Virus record (IMG/VR): IMGVR_UViG_3300049744_000074
Length of the DNA: 64,000 nucleotides
Reading direction: 5' to 3' (one strand)
Source of the DNA: an uncultured virus (IMG/VR IMGVR_UViG_3300049744_000074)
Lineage: Duplodnaviria; Heunggongvirae; Uroviricota; Caudoviricetes
The notes under the pieces were generated by a model. It saw nothing but the letters and a program-made list of their open reading frames with translations. It did no database searches and was not told where the DNA came from. Made by a program: the position numbers and the translations under genes. This document shows positions 49,601 through 57,376 of the stretch, piece by piece. Every line of letters starts with the position of its first letter. Position 1 is the stretch's first letter.

Positions 49601-52600
49601 CCTTCGGCGGAGTAACTCTCCACGACGATGGGCAGAACCTCCACCTGGTGATGCCCAACCGGACGCGAATCCCCTGGCATCTCACCGAGCGCATCGAGCC
49701 GGCCGCCGACGAAATCCACAACTATCTGCAGAGCGCCCGCGTCGCCAATGACGGCAAAGCGGAATTTACGGCCAACGACGGCCGCACGCTGTCGCTGCCG
49801 GGTGATGACGCCGGCTGGAAGGCGCTGCCGGAAGCTGACCGCGCCGCAATCCTCGACAAGTTCATCGTCCGCGGCCGCTATGACGGCAACACCCGCGCGA
49901 TCACCACCACCCACCGCGTCGGCGAGGATCACACCGTCGGCGCCGAGGAAGTCTTCCACGCTGAAGCGCACGGTCTCAAGGATGCCGATCGCCAGACGTA
50001 CATCCGCATGATCAACCGCTACGACAACGAGGATGCCGCGTTCCACGCGTTCATGCGGAGCCGCGGTAGCCGCGCCAAGTACTTCAAACGCATGCGCGAG
50101 GGGACGATCTACCTGCCGCCGGCGTTCGACCGCTATTTCACGCCGCGCGAGCGTGCGGCCGGCAAGCTGCTCGAGGCCGCCCAGAGCGAGGGCGTGCTGA
50201 TGTCGGATGCGGAGTTCGAGCAGTTCCGCAATGATATGGGCGGGCTGCATCCCGACGTGCTCAAGGATTACCAGGTGCGGGGGAAAAACGGCAAGCTGGT
50301 GCTGGAGAAGGACGGCACCCCCAAGCTCACGCGAGAAGGGAAGCTGCTGGCGGAGTTTGTGGACGAGGATGGCTACTCCAATGCGACCGCAGACATGGAT
50401 CCGGCGAAGGTCGACCGGTACCAGGACCGCGTGATCCGCGAGCTGCTGATGACCAAGGAACAGAAGATCCAGGCGGCGGCCGAGCACTACATGGATCCTC
50501 AGGCCCCGCCGGAGCTTCGCGAAGCCGCGGCCCAGGTGCTGGGGCGTCCCCTGGACGAGGATATCCCTTTCGCGGTGCGCAAGCGCGGCGAGGAGGAAGG
50601 CGGCGAGCAGCTCACCCTCGCCGGCGAGGCCCAGGGGCGGGAGACCGTGGGGGGCACGGGCAAGCTCTTCGAGACGCGGGCCGAGCGGCCGCGGCAGCCG
50701 GTCTACCGGGAATCCGCCGCGCCGATCGGCGCGGAGCGCTTCGGCGTCGACGCCCACGATATCCGAGTCGCATCGGCCTTCAGCGAGGAGGATCCGTCGC
50801 CGGCTTTTGCCTATGGGGTCAAGCAGGCGCTTGCGGGGAAGCGTGTGACGGCGGTGAAGGGCATGACGCCGGCGGAGGGCCGCGAGGCGCTGACGGGCGC
50901 TAAGGCCGCGGCCGAGGGAATGTCGCCGGTGCAGCGCGAGCATGCGGCGCAGCCGGCCGGAGAGGCGCCGGTCCAGGGGCAGGCCCGGATGTTCGCCGTG
51001 CGCAAGGATGGAACGGAAGGGCCCAGCGACGAAACGAAAGGCCCGGAATCCGAGACGAAGGTAGCGCCCAACGTGACGCGCTCCGCGGCGATCCTGGCGG
51101 CGGTGAAGACCCTGAAGTCGGCCGACCCGGAGATCTTCGATGCGCCGCCGCAGACCTCGGAGGTGCCAATGCGCGTGTCGGCCGCGGACATGCAGGCGGC
51201 GATCGACCAGGTGGGGACGGACTGGGCACTGGATCCGGCGGCCATGGAAAAGTACCGGCTGCCGGTCGACCAGCTGGCGCGCAAGCTGCTGTCGATCGCC
51301 CGCCGGCAGGGATCGTTCGATGCCGCGCTCGATTACCTCCACGATCCGCCGGCGCGCGACACGGGCATCAAGTCGCGGATCCGCTCCATCACCGAATCGC
51401 GCGACCCCGAGAAAATCATCCTCTCGGCCAAGGATGCCATCCGGCAGGCCATGCGGCAGCGCGAGCAGGGTCGGACCGAAGGCCTGCGGGAAGCGGTGAA
51501 GCTCCGCCAGCAGTTCCTGGAGGAGGCCTCCAGGTACCTGACGCCCGAGGAACGCGGGCCGCTGATGCGGGACCTGGCGTCGATCGGCAATGAGTCGGAC
51601 CTGTACGCGCGGCTGGAAAAGGTCTATTCGGCGTTCGACCGCGCCCAGAAGCGGCAGGCGGTTAACGATGTGCGCGACCTGATCCGCGGCGCCGACACCA
51701 AGCACCTGCGGCCGGAATTCAAGTCGGCGATGGAGGCCCTCACCGGCGAGCTCGACGATGCGAACATGTCCGAACGCACCCGCGCCCGCGCGGAGAGCCT
51801 GGCCAGCCACGTGCAGAGCCTGAGCGACGAGGAACGGGCGGGGCTGCCCGCCCGGACCCAGGCGCTCCTGGAGCGGATGGGCAAGGAGGCCCTCGATACC
51901 TTCTCGGTCGAGGAGCTCCACCAGTTGGGGGATTCCATCCGCGCCATCGTCACCCAGAACCAGCTGAAGAATCGCCTGATCGTCGGCAAGCACCTGCGGG
52001 CGATCGCCAAGGTCGAGAAGTCGGTCGTCGACGAGGTGATGAAGCACAACAAGCCGCTGGGCCTGGTGGGTGAGGAGGGGAGCCGCAAGGAGCTGGCGGA
52101 CAAGGGACTTGCCTCCCGGCTGGTGGAATTCACCGATTCGCCGGAGGTGCTGGCGGTCAGTGCCGGCGGCGAGGGCGGGGAGTTGCACAGCCATCTCTAC
52201 GAGCAGCTGCGGCACGCCGAGAACGGGCACCTGGGTATGCTTCGCAAATACCGCGGAGAGATGCAGGAGCTGCTGGCCAAGCACAAGATGACCCCGCAGC
52301 AGATCATCGACTGGCGGGAGAAGACGCGCAAGGTGGAGCTCTCCGACCTGCCGGCGAAACCGGTCAAGCGCCCCGCGGGCCGCGGCGGGCTCGATGCCCT
52401 GGACCAGGCGCAGCAGGCGGCGCAGGAGCGCGCCGACATGCTGGAGACCTTCGGCGCGTCGCCGGAGGAGCTGGCGAAGGAAGGGGCCGCAGCGGCCGCG
52501 GCCGAGTCGGTGGAGCCGCCGGCGGCCGCCGAGCCGCGCACGCTGGAGATCACCGGGCCCGAGGCCCTCTCCGCGTGGCTCTACGACCAGAACCCCGACG

Positions 52601-54558
52601 CCCGCGAGAAGCTGCTGGCCAACCCGGTGAACCTGGAGCGATTCGCGGGCCAGTCGACGCTGAATCGCACGCTGATGCCGGTGGACCTGCGCGCGATCGA
52701 GGCGACGCTTACCCCGTTCGAGCGCGAGCTGGGCGAGACGATCCTGCGCCAGAACCGGGAGCTGGGCGAGGAAATCGGGAAGATCCACGTGCTGCTCAAG
52801 GGCTACGACATCACGCGCGAGGAGAACTATTTCCCGCTGCTGACCGACCAGAAGCAGAAGCGGCGCGTGCTCGACGAGCTGGCCACCCAATACGCGGATA
52901 AATGGCTGGAGCAATCGGGCTTCCTGAAAGAACGCGTGCTGCATAACGTGCCGATACTGCTCTCCGACGCCCTGGACACGCACCTGTGGCATCTCCGGCA
53001 GTCGGTCAGTTTCGTCAACAAGGCCATTCCGGTGCGCAATGCCCGCGTGCTGCTGGGGGCGCCCAAGGTGCGTGAGGTGATCGACGGCCACATCGGGCGG
53101 ACCTGGACGCCGCGGATGGAGCGGCTGCTGAAGGATTTCTCCGGGGCGGAGCTGGGCGCCCGCACCGAGGCGGAAATGCTGGCGGCCAAGATCGCGCGCA
53201 ACGCGGCCGCGGCGACGCTGGGGCTGCGGCCGACGACGGTGGCCACCAACTTCATCGGGGCGCCGCTGGGGCTCATGACGCAGATGACGCCCCAGGAATC
53301 GCGCACCCTGGTGAAAAAGTGGATCAACCTCAAGGCCAACACGATCGACGCCGGCAAGTACTTCGCCGATCGGATCGCGCCCCACAATGCCTATCTGGCG
53401 GATCGGTACGATCCCCAGGGCGCGGTGCACCGGGTGGCGGTGATCGCCGGCGAGGAGGCGGCCGCCGGCGCCGGCGGATCCGCGCCCGGGATCCCGGGCG
53501 CCAAGACCGTCGCCGGGCAGCGCTGGCGCGACTTCCAGGAATGGTCCCTCTCCTGGATGAACCATGCGGAGCGGGCGTCGGTGGTGGCGGCGCATCGGGC
53601 GATCAGCGAGCTCAACCCCGAGTGGAGCGACGCGGAGGTCAGCGACCACGTCGAGAAGATGGTGCGGCGCACGCAGAATGCGATCAGCTCCCTGGACATG
53701 TCCGAGTTTCTGCGGCAGACCAAGCGGCAGCCCTTCCTCGGGCTGGCCTTCATGTTCACCAACCAGGCGGCCAAGCTCAGGGACACGCTGCGGCTGGCGG
53801 CGCTGCGCTACACGCACTCGCATCGGACCCCGGCCGACAAGGCCCGGATCTCGGCGACGGCGGGCCTGGTCTTTTCCTCGGCCGTGGTGATGCCGGCGGT
53901 GGTGCGGGCGCTGTGGGGGCAGGTGCGGCAGGGATTCCGGGACCAGGAGGACGCCAAGACGCGCTCGGCCGGGCAGCTGCTCGCCGGCGGCGTGGCGGAC
54001 CTGGCGGATGTCGCCCATCCGGTGATCGGGGACCTGGCGCGGGTGCTGACGCGCGGGGATGTCGGTGACTCGGTCAACAGCCGGGCGCTTGCGCAGATTG
54101 CCCAGGCCCTGCAGGGCACTTATTCGGCAGTCGCCAATCTGGGGGAACCGGACCAGCGGCGGCAGCGGCAGGTCCTCCCGGCGATCTACCGGGTGATCTC
54201 GAACCTGTCGCGCGGTGTGGCGACGTTCGCCGGCATTCCCCTGGATGCCCCGCTGACGGCCGCCGAGGGGGTGGGCCGGGCGATTACCGGGCGGCCCCCG
54301 GAGTTCGCCCTGCAGCAGGAGCTGCACCGCCTCCAGAAGCGGACCTATCCGGGCGCGGTGGATCCGCGGAGCCGCTACGGGGACCTGTCGCCGCAGGAGA
54401 TCCGCCGGCTGCGGACGCTGACGGCGATTACCGGGCAGATCGGCCGCGTGCGGCAGGCGGCCGCGTCGGGGCGCATCGACCAGGGGCGGGCGGAGAAGTC
54501 GATCGAGCAGCTGCTCGCCGCGGCGGGGCGGTCCCCCGTAATTTCAACCGGGAGTTGA
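46606..54558 (+). CDS. Giant polyvalent internal virion protein (ART-like, zeta-toxin-like kinase and degenerate metallopeptidase domains)
   Basis: RFFHGG..WLTPDYRYALGYA..YIDVP; MFTAGGVASGKSS..DG..VRYVHRP..R...GR; RGRYDG..EEVFH; long helical C-terminus. Confidence 0.8.
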   Translation: MVRIGDIDPGSLLTVSAADLAAAQPIAPAAAAPGIAPVQMYNTSVPSGGTVSMRDLQAAPTINAWGGGGDSISLADLHAAAPLNLDQQLDVEGRSYWKNRIDPMAALPDDQAKALTPDLSLYVHHFSNAPDADQAFGALGTRGIALSEADKQSLLHQLQRANAAFDLAAIQQGRGPTAEAARAQLRAASAAGEAQTESPVGIAASQLAHGISNVAAKFVVNPALQALGVETADAQRERVLQDQALQEAQAQQYPITAAAAKGVGSVASPESLAGIAITGGLGELAGPATRLGRAALTAAEGGGYGAGVMPVQQAAEGQTVTPADVARDFAVGAGGALAGKAGGKLVEGLAGGTAPAVQAGAKFVGGAATSGAVNVGAGAGIAASQGRAYSSADAVRDFISGAAMHVPGGLPEALATLRAARDRVRSIDPNNSLVVRLDSEIARHALETGHGDQAGGGAVPESAGRGGPGPAPGGNPDAARGAEQSPLASPAAEADAGGDHRDLPSVPAPQAFTPEQEAHSALKNGPASLPPVPAGMVRFFHGGVPGDGPRWLTPDYRYALGYAEKSGHGAGVQYIDVPENHPSLSKEYDDTGTNMPAPFASFEAPSELTHGLKPVAESTPRLSIARKTGLTPEQTRVQDELIDRVNSPEADAIYDQIPDAYGGKVIGTDIARFMHPAYHTVEGRREFTAATSRAASVYAFDRLRRAIEKPPVRPDGERPLLMFTAGGVASGKSSAIGPETLERADLVSDGQMKNPAQAIKEINLALQHGWDVDVRYVHRPFPLVVEGAIHRGITTGRWGPLSELPDLHMQAQDSFDQVARHFAGNPHVDSKIVVNEGTAQTPAAPRLANRSDLAKSGVLRYSDRSALERSVHEKYAQARASGKYPAELLDRLGQGLHDAGAAAPAPAAQPAARPGDLEHAGPDQQGPVSQESSHGSQAIEAGPPAAAEQIGAGGLPPRAQRSPGQPEAVQPGPVADDGARRAAERRARSVAGIQEALKSFGGVTLHDDGQNLHLVMPNRTRIPWHLTERIEPAADEIHNYLQSARVANDGKAEFTANDGRTLSLPGDDAGWKALPEADRAAILDKFIVRGRYDGNTRAITTTHRVGEDHTVGAEEVFHAEAHGLKDADRQTYIRMINRYDNEDAAFHAFMRSRGSRAKYFKRMREGTIYLPPAFDRYFTPRERAAGKLLEAAQSEGVLMSDAEFEQFRNDMGGLHPDVLKDYQVRGKNGKLVLEKDGTPKLTREGKLLAEFVDEDGYSNATADMDPAKVDRYQDRVIRELLMTKEQKIQAAAEHYMDPQAPPELREAAAQVLGRPLDEDIPFAVRKRGEEEGGEQLTLAGEAQGRETVGGTGKLFETRAERPRQPVYRESAAPIGAERFGVDAHDIRVASAFSEEDPSPAFAYGVKQALAGKRVTAVKGMTPAEGREALTGAKAAAEGMSPVQREHAAQPAGEAPVQGQARMFAVRKDGTEGPSDETKGPESETKVAPNVTRSAAILAAVKTLKSADPEIFDAPPQTSEVPMRVSAADMQAAIDQVGTDWALDPAAMEKYRLPVDQLARKLLSIARRQGSFDAALDYLHDPPARDTGIKSRIRSITESRDPEKIILSAKDAIRQAMRQREQGRTEGLREAVKLRQQFLEEASRYLTPEERGPLMRDLASIGNESDLYARLEKVYSAFDRAQKRQAVNDVRDLIRGADTKHLRPEFKSAMEALTGELDDANMSERTRARAESLASHVQSLSDEERAGLPARTQALLERMGKEALDTFSVEELHQLGDSIRAIVTQNQLKNRLIVGKHLRAIAKVEKSVVDEVMKHNKPLGLVGEEGSRKELADKGLASRLVEFTDSPEVLAVSAGGEGGELHSHLYEQLRHAENGHLGMLRKYRGEMQELLAKHKMTPQQIIDWREKTRKVELSDLPAKPVKRPAGRGGLDALDQAQQAAQERADMLETFGASPEELAKEGAAAAAAESVEPPAAAEPRTLEITGPEALSAWLYDQNPDAREKLLANPVNLERFAGQSTLNRTLMPVDLRAIEATLTPFERELGETILRQNRELGEEIGKIHVLLKGYDITREENYFPLLTDQKQKRRVLDELATQYADKWLEQSGFLKERVLHNVPILLSDALDTHLWHLRQSVSFVNKAIPVRNARVLLGAPKVREVIDGHIGRTWTPRMERLLKDFSGAELGARTEAEMLAAKIARNAAAATLGLRPTTVATNFIGAPLGLMTQMTPQESRTLVKKWINLKANTIDAGKYFADRIAPHNAYLADRYDPQGAVHRVAVIAGEEAAAGAGGSAPGIPGAKTVAGQRWRDFQEWSLSWMNHAERASVVAAHRAISELNPEWSDAEVSDHVEKMVRRTQNAISSLDMSEFLRQTKRQPFLGLAFMFTNQAAKLRDTLRLAALRYTHSHRTPADKARISATAGLVFSSAVVMPAVVRALWGQVRQGFRDQEDAKTRSAGQLLAGGVADLADVAHPVIGDLARVLTRGDVGDSVNSRALAQIAQALQGTYSAVANLGEPDQRRQRQVLPAIYRVISNLSRGVATFAGIPLDAPLTAAEGVGRAITGRPPEFALQQELHRLQKRTYPGAVDPRSRYGDLSPQEIRRLRTLTAITGQIGRVRQAAASGRIDQGRAEKSIEQLLAAAGRSPVISTGS
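47954..48172 (+). CDS. Nested +1-frame ORF A (72 aa)
   Basis: GGAG 7 nt upstream; GC3 bias switches to this frame. Confidence 0.65.
   Translation: MVIKQAAAPFLKVLDEEDQDRRLGEIPTLLEVRNNPRWHRPRRKLTLEEIIEICRPYPRRKPSRRSKKRIAR
49220..49390 (+). CDS. Nested +1-frame ORF B (56 aa)
   Basis: GAAAGG RBS; TATAGT -10 at 49186; GC3 bias. Confidence 0.55.
   Translation: MKSTPKPAPPANTPPNFSTGSAKASMTPEQLHRRRQRSQQLDQAILNTLARTSKAQ
49406..49615 (+). CDS. Nested +1-frame ORF C (69 aa)
   Basis: AGGA RBS; starts 15 nt after the ORF B stop; GC3 bias. Confidence 0.55.
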   Translation: MAAKQSKQAPPPPPSKSVLAVYRHEPNDPQGNQKRSSQALSRMMEHVVQQNAAPAASPGSKKPSSPSAE

Positions 54559-54561
54559 GTC

Positions 54562-54858
54562 GTGGAACAGCGGCAGGAGAAGATGATCCAGGAGACCCAC
54601 GACACGGTGGTGCGGATCGACGAGCGGTTGAAGGCCGGGGATGAGAGGTTCGATCGCCTGGAGGAGGACCAGGAGAAGCACGCACGTGTGCTCTTTGGGT
54701 CGGGCAAGACGCCGGGCCTCATCGACGACGTGCGCGGCCTGACTCAATGGAAGAAATTCTGGGAGCGGGTGGCCTGGGCGGCCGTCGGTGCGCTGGCGCC
54801 GGTGCTGGCGGCCGCGTCGTGCGCGGCGGCCTGGTGGGCGGTCAAGCATTTGCCGTGA
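54562..54858 (+). CDS. Coiled-coil plus C-terminal TM protein (holin/XhlA-like)
   Basis: VRIDERLKAGDERFDRLE...hydrophobic C-terminus. Confidence 0.55.
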   Translation: MEQRQEKMIQETHDTVVRIDERLKAGDERFDRLEEDQEKHARVLFGSGKTPGLIDDVRGLTQWKKFWERVAWAAVGALAPVLAAASCAAAWWAVKHLP

Positions 54859-54863
54859 CGGGC

Positions 54864-55232
54864 TTATCTTCCCCGCTCAGCATCTAGGATTGTCTTGTTG
54901 GGGGCCTTCGAGGTGCCGCCGCCTGGCGTAATCAGCGGCGCGACCATCGGCGTTGACGGGTCAGAGTTGAGAAATACCGCTGGCGTCAGTGTCATGAAAT
55001 CCATGCTCTTGGGATCAACCCGGACGTTCCACATCTGTCTCGCCGCGGTGTCGAAAACGAACATACGGCCGTCGGACGCCACCAGCTGGTACCGGCCGGC
55101 GGAAGTCGCCGTAACCCTGGCCGCCCCGCCAGACCCGGCCGGCGCTGGGGCGTACTGTCCCATGGCGAGCGCTGCCCCAATTCCGAGAACGAGCCCGATC
55201 GTGGCGCTCCGCAGGTCCAGCGTAACCTTCAT
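54864..55232 (-). CDS. Exported/membrane moron-like protein
   Basis: AAAGGA RBS, signal-like IGLVLGIGAALAMG and GRYQL..FVFDT..W; TACAAT -10 upstream. Confidence 0.65.
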   Translation of the reverse strand: MKVTLDLRSATIGLVLGIGAALAMGQYAPAPAGSGGAARVTATSAGRYQLVASDGRMFVFDTAARQMWNVRVDPKSMDFMTLTPAVFLNSDPSTPMVAPLITPGGGTSKAPNKTILDAERGR

Positions 55233-55394
55233 TTGGGGATCCTTTCCTGTTTGCGTGGGGGATTTGACTCCGTTTTTATATTGTAGGTTTGTTAGCATTC
55301 GGTGAGAAGGTGGAGGTCTCCATGGCAGACACCAGCGCGTTTCAACTTTCGGATCCGCAACGAGTAGACCCGATCCTGGTGCTGGTGCTGGCAC

Positions 55395-55763
55395 TCAGCC
55401 AGCTTTCTTGCGGCCAGTCGATCGCGCGCCACCTTTGCCGGACGATTGTTCAGGATCCTTCCCTCGCTCCACAGCTCGACTCACAGCTTCTCCAACTGAT
55501 GCAGGCATTTCCTCCGCCGGAGCTGCACCTGACGTCGGAGCGTTGAGCCGCCCGGCCAGCAGACGCAGCAGGTCGCTATTAGCGCCGTCGATTTGGCCCA
55601 GGACAATGGCGCGGCCTACGTCGTCGAGTCGCAGGAAGAATTCCGCCAAACCACTCATTCCCTCGACCTGCGAGACCCGGGAGCGCCTGAAGGCGTCAAT
55701 CAGGTCCTCCCGGAGCTGCTCGGGTAGCCGCACGCGAAAATCCGCATCTTTCTTTTCATCCAT
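55395..55763 (-). CDS. Arc/RHH-type repressor
   Basis: DADFRVRLPEQLREDL; divergent from the early operon. Confidence 0.6.
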   Translation of the reverse strand: MDEKKDADFRVRLPEQLREDLIDAFRRSRVSQVEGMSGLAEFFLRLDDVGRAIVLGQIDGANSDLLRLLAGRLNAPTSGAAPAEEMPASVGEAVSRAVERGKDPEQSSGKGGARSTGRKKAG

Positions 55764-55799
55764 AACTACAGCGTAAGTGGTCACATGTAGTACCATCTA

Positions 55800-55890
55800 C
55801 GGAACATTTGGGAATATTTGGGAGTTTTCATTGACAGCAGACCCTCGTTTCGTACGATATTCCCAAAAGGTACTATTTGGGAATTAAAGG
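55800..55890. promoter_or_regulatory. Divergent promoter/operator region (lysis-lysogeny switch)
   Basis: TTGACA (55831)-N16-TACGAT; TTTGGGA(AT) repeats at 55807, 55817 and 55876, and inverted ATTCCCAAA at 55859. Confidence 0.7.
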
Positions 55891-55897
55891 GAGTCAT

Positions 55898-56110
55898 ATG
55901 CTGGCCACACATCGCAAACCCTCGGCGCGCCGGGCGAGGACCTCGTCCAGCGACACGTCTGTGCACGTGCGGCTGTCGCCGCCGCTGCTCGAATCCATCG
56001 ACCAGCTCGCGGTGCGTGAGAACCGTACGCGAACCAATCTCTGCCGGGTGCTGCTGGAAGAGGCCGTTGCGGCGCGCGCTCCTGCCGACTCTGAAGCCAT
56101 CCGTGAGTGA
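55898..56110 (+). CDS. CopG/RHH regulator (Cro-like position)
   Basis: SVHVRLSPPLLESIDQLAVRENRTRTNLCRVLLEEA. Confidence 0.75.
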   Translation: MLATHRKPSARRARTSSSDTSVHVRLSPPLLESIDQLAVRENRTRTNLCRVLLEEAVAARAPADSEAIRE

Positions 56111-56191
56111 AGTGGGATTCCGTCCCCGAACGCCAACCTTACTACAGCTCAGCAGTTTGTCAAAGGAATTTCCCCTTGCAGGGAGGATCTC

Positions 56192-56647
56192 ATGAGGCCC
56201 ATTGAGCGGAATGCAGCCTGGGCGGACGCGTGCGGCGTCCCGTTGGTGATGTCGGGCCAACTCCCGAAATCCCGCATTTATCCAGACCATCTCCTGTCGC
56301 GGCGCGTGCCGCCGGTGCACCGGCCGGGGCGCGCTGGCGACCCGCCGCCGCGCGAGCCGCTCATGGGTGGAATCGACCCCGTCTGCGTGCGCTGCAGCCA
56401 TTCGTGCGACGAACGCTGCGGGGAATGCGGCACCCTCATCCATCGCCAGTGCGCGATCAAGGGCTGCCCCGGCTGTGAAATCGAAGCCGCCCGCAGGGAG
56501 CGCGAAGCGCTGCTAGCTAAGGGGCTGCCGGCCGAGGACGTGCCGCTGCTTCGACCGCGGTTCCTGGGAGCGGCGTCGGTGGCGTTCTTCGCCGGCTTCG
56601 TGTGTGCCGCGATCCTGTTTGCCATGTTCTTGCGCGCGTGGAGGTGA
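56192..56647 (+). CDS. Zinc-finger plus C-terminal TM protein; start uncertain
   Basis: CVRC..C..CGEC..H..C..CPGC; hydrophobic tail. Confidence 0.5.
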   Translation: MRPIERNAAWADACGVPLVMSGQLPKSRIYPDHLLSRRVPPVHRPGRAGDPPPREPLMGGIDPVCVRCSHSCDERCGECGTLIHRQCAIKGCPGCEIEAARREREALLAKGLPAEDVPLLRPRFLGAASVAFFAGFVCAAILFAMFLRAWR

Positions 56648-56650
56648 ACG

Positions 56651-57007
56651 GTGAACGAGATCGCCAACAGCGTGCGGAAATGCCGCGAGTGCGGATGCAC
56701 TGAGGAGAAGGACTGCCCGCTGCTCAAGCAACGTCATTGGGCAGCGCAGGACTGGTGCAGCGCCTGCCGCGACCGTCACCCCGGGCACCGCATGGTGCTG
56801 CGGCAGCAGACCTCTGGGCTGCGGCATTACGTGGATGAAAAGCCTGTCAAATGCGACGCGTGGCTGGAAGTGCGGATCGACAGAGCGTGGGTGCTGGTTC
56901 GTTACGAATGGACCTGCCACCGCAACGATAGCCCCCTGCTGTACACGGGCGCCGGGAAGCTTCTCCCCAATCCTGACGCCCGCTACCGCTGGCCGGAGGA
57001 CGCATGA
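56651..57007 (+). CDS. Zinc-finger phage protein
   Basis: CRECGCT...C...W...WCSAC. Confidence 0.6.
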   Translation: MNEIANSVRKCRECGCTEEKDCPLLKQRHWAAQDWCSACRDRHPGHRMVLRQQTSGLRHYVDEKPVKCDAWLEVRIDRAWVLVRYEWTCHRNDSPLLYTGAGKLLPNPDARYRWPEDA

Positions 57008-57225
57008 GCCGCCTCCTGGCCAATCCGGAAATTCTCGAACGCGCGCGGCATGACGCGGCGGTGTACCAGGCGATGCAGTACCTCCAGTCGGGCTCTTACG
57101 ACGAGGTGCAGGTTTTGATGGGCCTGGTGGTCTATCTGTCGCGGGATCGCGAGCGCCTGCGCGGCGAGCTGGTGCGGGCGCGGCGGCTCGATGCCTGCCC
57201 GCCCTCCTTCTCGCTTTTTCCCTAG
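57004..57225 (+). CDS. Hypothetical phage protein
   Basis: GGAGG RBS; ATGA coupling. Confidence 0.55.
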   Translation: MSRLLANPEILERARHDAAVYQAMQYLQSGSYDEVQVLMGLVVYLSRDRERLRGELVRARRLDACPPSFSLFP

Positions 57226-57376
57226 GTCCTTTCCTTCGCGGCCTCGTGGGCCGCGGAAGTCCGGGCCGGCGGTGTGTACTCCCCGCCGGCTTTTTCCCTT
57301 GTCCTTCTCCCAGGGCCCGGCGCCGGGTGTGTTCCCCCCGGCGCCGCCTCCCTTTTTTCTTGCAAAGGAGTCCCCC

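Noticed and set aside
49468..54327. 1619-aa minus-strand ORF
   Set aside because: Antisense shadow of the giant gene, with the composition typical of reverse-complement codons
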